Shown: in pieces, positions 61,379 to 64,000 of the stretch
Layout of the letters: every line of letters starts with the position of its first letter
Numbering within the stretch: position 1 is the stretch's first letter
Assembly: GCA_965603825.1 (NCBI GenBank)
Contig: CBFDEM010000035.1
Coordinates: 620,001-684,000, forward strand
Origin: Blepharisma stoltei ATCC 30299
Taxonomy: Eukaryota; Protista; Ciliophora
Length of the DNA: 64,000 nucleotides
Direction: 5' to 3'
Notes under the pieces: generated by a model
Seen by the model: only the letters and a program-made list of their open reading frames with translations
Told to the model about the DNA's origin: nothing
Database searches by the model: none
Position numbers and translations under genes: made by a program

Positions 61379-62968
61379 TAGCTTAAAAATATTTAGATAA
61401 TTGGGTTTAGTTTTAAGGGAATTAATTACTATGAGAAAAATTAAATAAGTGTTTTGAGATAATAGGGGAAATTATAGATTAAATCTTAAAAGTTAGATTT
61501 ATGGCTATAAGGTAGCAGCCCATTTTCAATCAAATTTAGTATAGTCACTTGCTAAAAGATTCAGTAGCTCAGAATTTGGTAATGCTTTTATCTTATACTC
61601 TCTTAAGCTTTTACTGCCGGTCTTGCAAGCACTTCTCTCTTTTTCACCTCTTCCACAACAAATGGTTACATCTTTCCACAAAGCAAAAGTCCTATTACCT
61701 CCGCCAAGCAGAAACTCCGCATATTTCACAGCAACAAACAACAACAATAAAACTCCATCAGACTTCCAAGTGCATCCACATTCACGAGAAATTTTGTTTT
61801 AAATGCATACCTACTAGCACAAACAAGGTAGGCCATCTAAAATCAAAATTTTTCCTGGAACCCACTGAATCTCTAGCTTCTGTTTAATAAAAAAAAAACT
61901 CATTGCATCATTTCTTTATTTCCATTTCAAGCTCAATGCTTCATAGATTCAGCACTAGAGAGATTCATTCTGTTGCAGAATCCTTCCTCAAAATGCAAAA
62001 TCCTCCTATATTTGCAGGATAAGCACTTCCAACTTTTGACGAGAAGGCGCCATATGTGCGGGAAATAATTATTTGGTAATGTTTTTACTATCTCAGCTAA
62101 TTCTCTAGGTGAGAACTCATCAATTCTTCTAACGCATGATTTAAAAATACTTTTTCATCTTCAGGTCTTCCAACAACCTATGGGTCAATAGCACTAATGA
62201 TTTTCCTCTTAAGGGTATTAATTTTCGTTATAGCCCGTTCCCAGGGCTATAATCAAAGGAGAAATAATTATTAAATTTTAATATTTTATAACAAAATGCA
62301 ATTAAATAAAGAGTTGTTTGTTTGAAGCTTGAGAAATTTTAATTATTTTTTATTAAGCTATGCTGAAAGTGTTCAAATTGTTATAATTTCGATCCATTTT
62401 GGCTGGCCTTAAATTTATACAGGCCATATACCAGATATTAAATGGCTTTCTTAACTCCAGAAATTGACTGAATTCAATAATTTCTTAACTCCAGAAATTC
62501 AATAATTTGCTATTAATCGTGATTTTTTTACTAAAAAATCAATCATAGCTCCCTTCCTAGAAGTAATAAAATTATTTAATTTTAAAGCACTATAATTTAT
62601 AAAATATAGCTTGCATTAATTTGCAATGAGCCAGTAGCGGATTCTTGTCTTTAGATAAAAGATTATTGGAAGTACGCTCTCTACACTAGAGAGATAGGAT
62701 AATACTTTTGGAATATATAAATAAACTTAATCAGGTATGATCGAGCTTAAAGGGCAGCTACCCAGAAAATATTGATCAAGGCGCATATGCTGGTTTTTAA
62801 GATCAGCTCAAGATTGAGACTGATTAAGCTGCAAAAATTTAAAAAGTTTTTGCGAATATTAGAATAAAAATTAGTTCAATAAATTTAATAAAGCTAATCT
62901 TTGCCTTAAGGCTGAAATATTTACATAAGTCCATTTTTTTCCTTTATCTAAAAGCTTAATAAAAATAT

Positions 62969-64000
62969 ATGGTAGTGGTAGCGTTTATTCTTATCCTGAT
63001 GTTTGGAGCTTCTGCAATGCAAGACAACATCATTGAGTATGAAGAAAATTCTAATGGTGGCTTAAAAACTCCTATTACAGATCCTGAGATTCTTAATCAG
63101 CTTTTCCAAAACAACGAAGGATCTCGCCAAGAAATAAGATCAAATGCTACAGAAAAAGAAAGAAAACTAACACCAACTTGCACAAATGGTCAAAATAATT
63201 GCCAGACTTGTGCATCTGCAAGCTATTGTCAACAGTGCACTACAAATGCTGCTATTCCTGACACTTATGGTGGATGCACTTCATCATATATGAGAAATTG
63301 TGCTATAGTTTCTTCCGCTACTGTATGTGAAACTTGCAAAGCAGACCATTACAAAGGCTGTGCATCATGTAGTGCCTTAATGGAAGGTTGTCTTACTTGC
63401 TCTGATGATGGAAAATGCACCAAATGTGATTCAGGATATCAATTAGTTTCGGATTTTTCTTGCGGGAAATGCAGTGATTCAAACTGCGATACCTGCACAG
63501 GCGGAGGTTTAACTTGCAATACATGCAAAACAGGGTATTTTGAGGAATCTGGCAGTTGTAAGCCATGCTATGACTTTAGTCCAAATTGTAGGGAATGTCT
63601 AAGAAAGAACTTCTGTACCAAATGTACGGGAGGAGATATAGCAAATGATAAAGGCGCTTGCACTTTCTTATCAATTCCAAATTGTAAAGTAGTCTATTCT
63701 GTGACAGGCAAATGTAGCACTTGTGAGAGCGGGTATTACCTTAATGGTGAATCCTGCGACCAAATAATAGTATGCACAGGCACTCAATACTGGGATGGTG
63801 TCAACAAGCAATGCCAGGAATGCAGCACAATTGATACAGACTGCACCGCTTGCACCTCAGATGGAAAATGCACTTCATGTATGGCTGGAAAAATACTTAA
63901 TGATTTAAACTCATGCTCCGATTCACCTCTTACTCATTGTTCTTTGGTTAGAGGTACAGATCCAAATTATTGCACGAAATGCTCAACTGGATATATCTCT
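62969..64000 (+). CDS. Secreted/surface Cys-rich (CxxC, furin-like/VSP-like repeat) protein, 5' part
   Basis: MVVVAFILILMFGASA signal, then NCQTCASASYCQQC, GCLTCSDDGKCTKCDSGY and similar repeats; open to the window end. Confidence 0.88.
   Translation, partial: MVVVAFILILMFGASAMQDNIIEYEENSNGGLKTPITDPEILNQLFQNNEGSRQEIRSNATEKERKLTPTCTNGQNNCQTCASASYCQQCTTNAAIPDTYGGCTSSYMRNCAIVSSATVCETCKADHYKGCASCSALMEGCLTCSDDGKCTKCDSGYQLVSDFSCGKCSDSNCDTCTGGGLTCNTCKTGYFEESGSCKPCYDFSPNCRECLRKNFCTKCTGGDIANDKGACTFLSIPNCKVVYSVTGKCSTCESGYYLNGESCDQIIVCTGTQYWDGVNKQCQECSTIDTDCTACTSDGKCTSCMAGKILNDLNSCSDSPLTHCSLVRGTDPNYCTKCSTGYIS

Noticed and set aside
61526-61887. Overlapping short ORFs on both strands
   Set aside because: No good ATG context, motifs or consistent frame.
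62447-62508. 19-bp direct repeat TTTCTTAACTCCAGAAATT x2
   Set aside because: Only two copies; looks like local slippage, not a CRISPR or satellite.

Overview
AT-rich, very gene-dense eukaryotic DNA, read here as a heterotrich ciliate macronuclear contig. The pattern fits Blepharisma, but that is an inference from the genetic code and intron size, not a database match. TGA is decoded as Trp: it sits at invariant Trp positions in alpha-tubulin W21, Rab WDTAGQE, kinase DVWS, CFAP20 and a Tudor WDEW motif. Only TAA/TAG terminate genes. Fifteen tiny 15-16 nt GT-AG introns were resolved, all with an A at position 10. The supplied standard-code ORF track therefore fragments or misses many genes. Re-reading gives about 40 genes, including mitochondrial PheRS, an FHA protein, TBL1-like, a tandem pair of highly divergent alpha-tubulins, UBL-PI4K gamma, a degenerate kinesin, ABHD, PAQR, CDPK, eRF3, Rab2, CFAP20, two HECT ligases, importin-7/8, a TBC GAP, eIF3h, FOP/CEP43, NSUN2, a mini-PDI and Cys-rich surface proteins. 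No rRNA, tRNA, CRISPR or intact transposon was seen. The best leads are: (1) an eRF3 with tandem PAM2 motifs plus a Sup35-like Q/N/Y-rich prion-like N domain in an organism with a reassigned stop codon; (2) duplicated divergent alpha-tubulins with altered T3 and H11-H12 surfaces, lying near a switch-less kinesin; (3) claudin-like tetraspan proteins, one internally duplicated; (4) intergenic spacers of only 3-35 nt.
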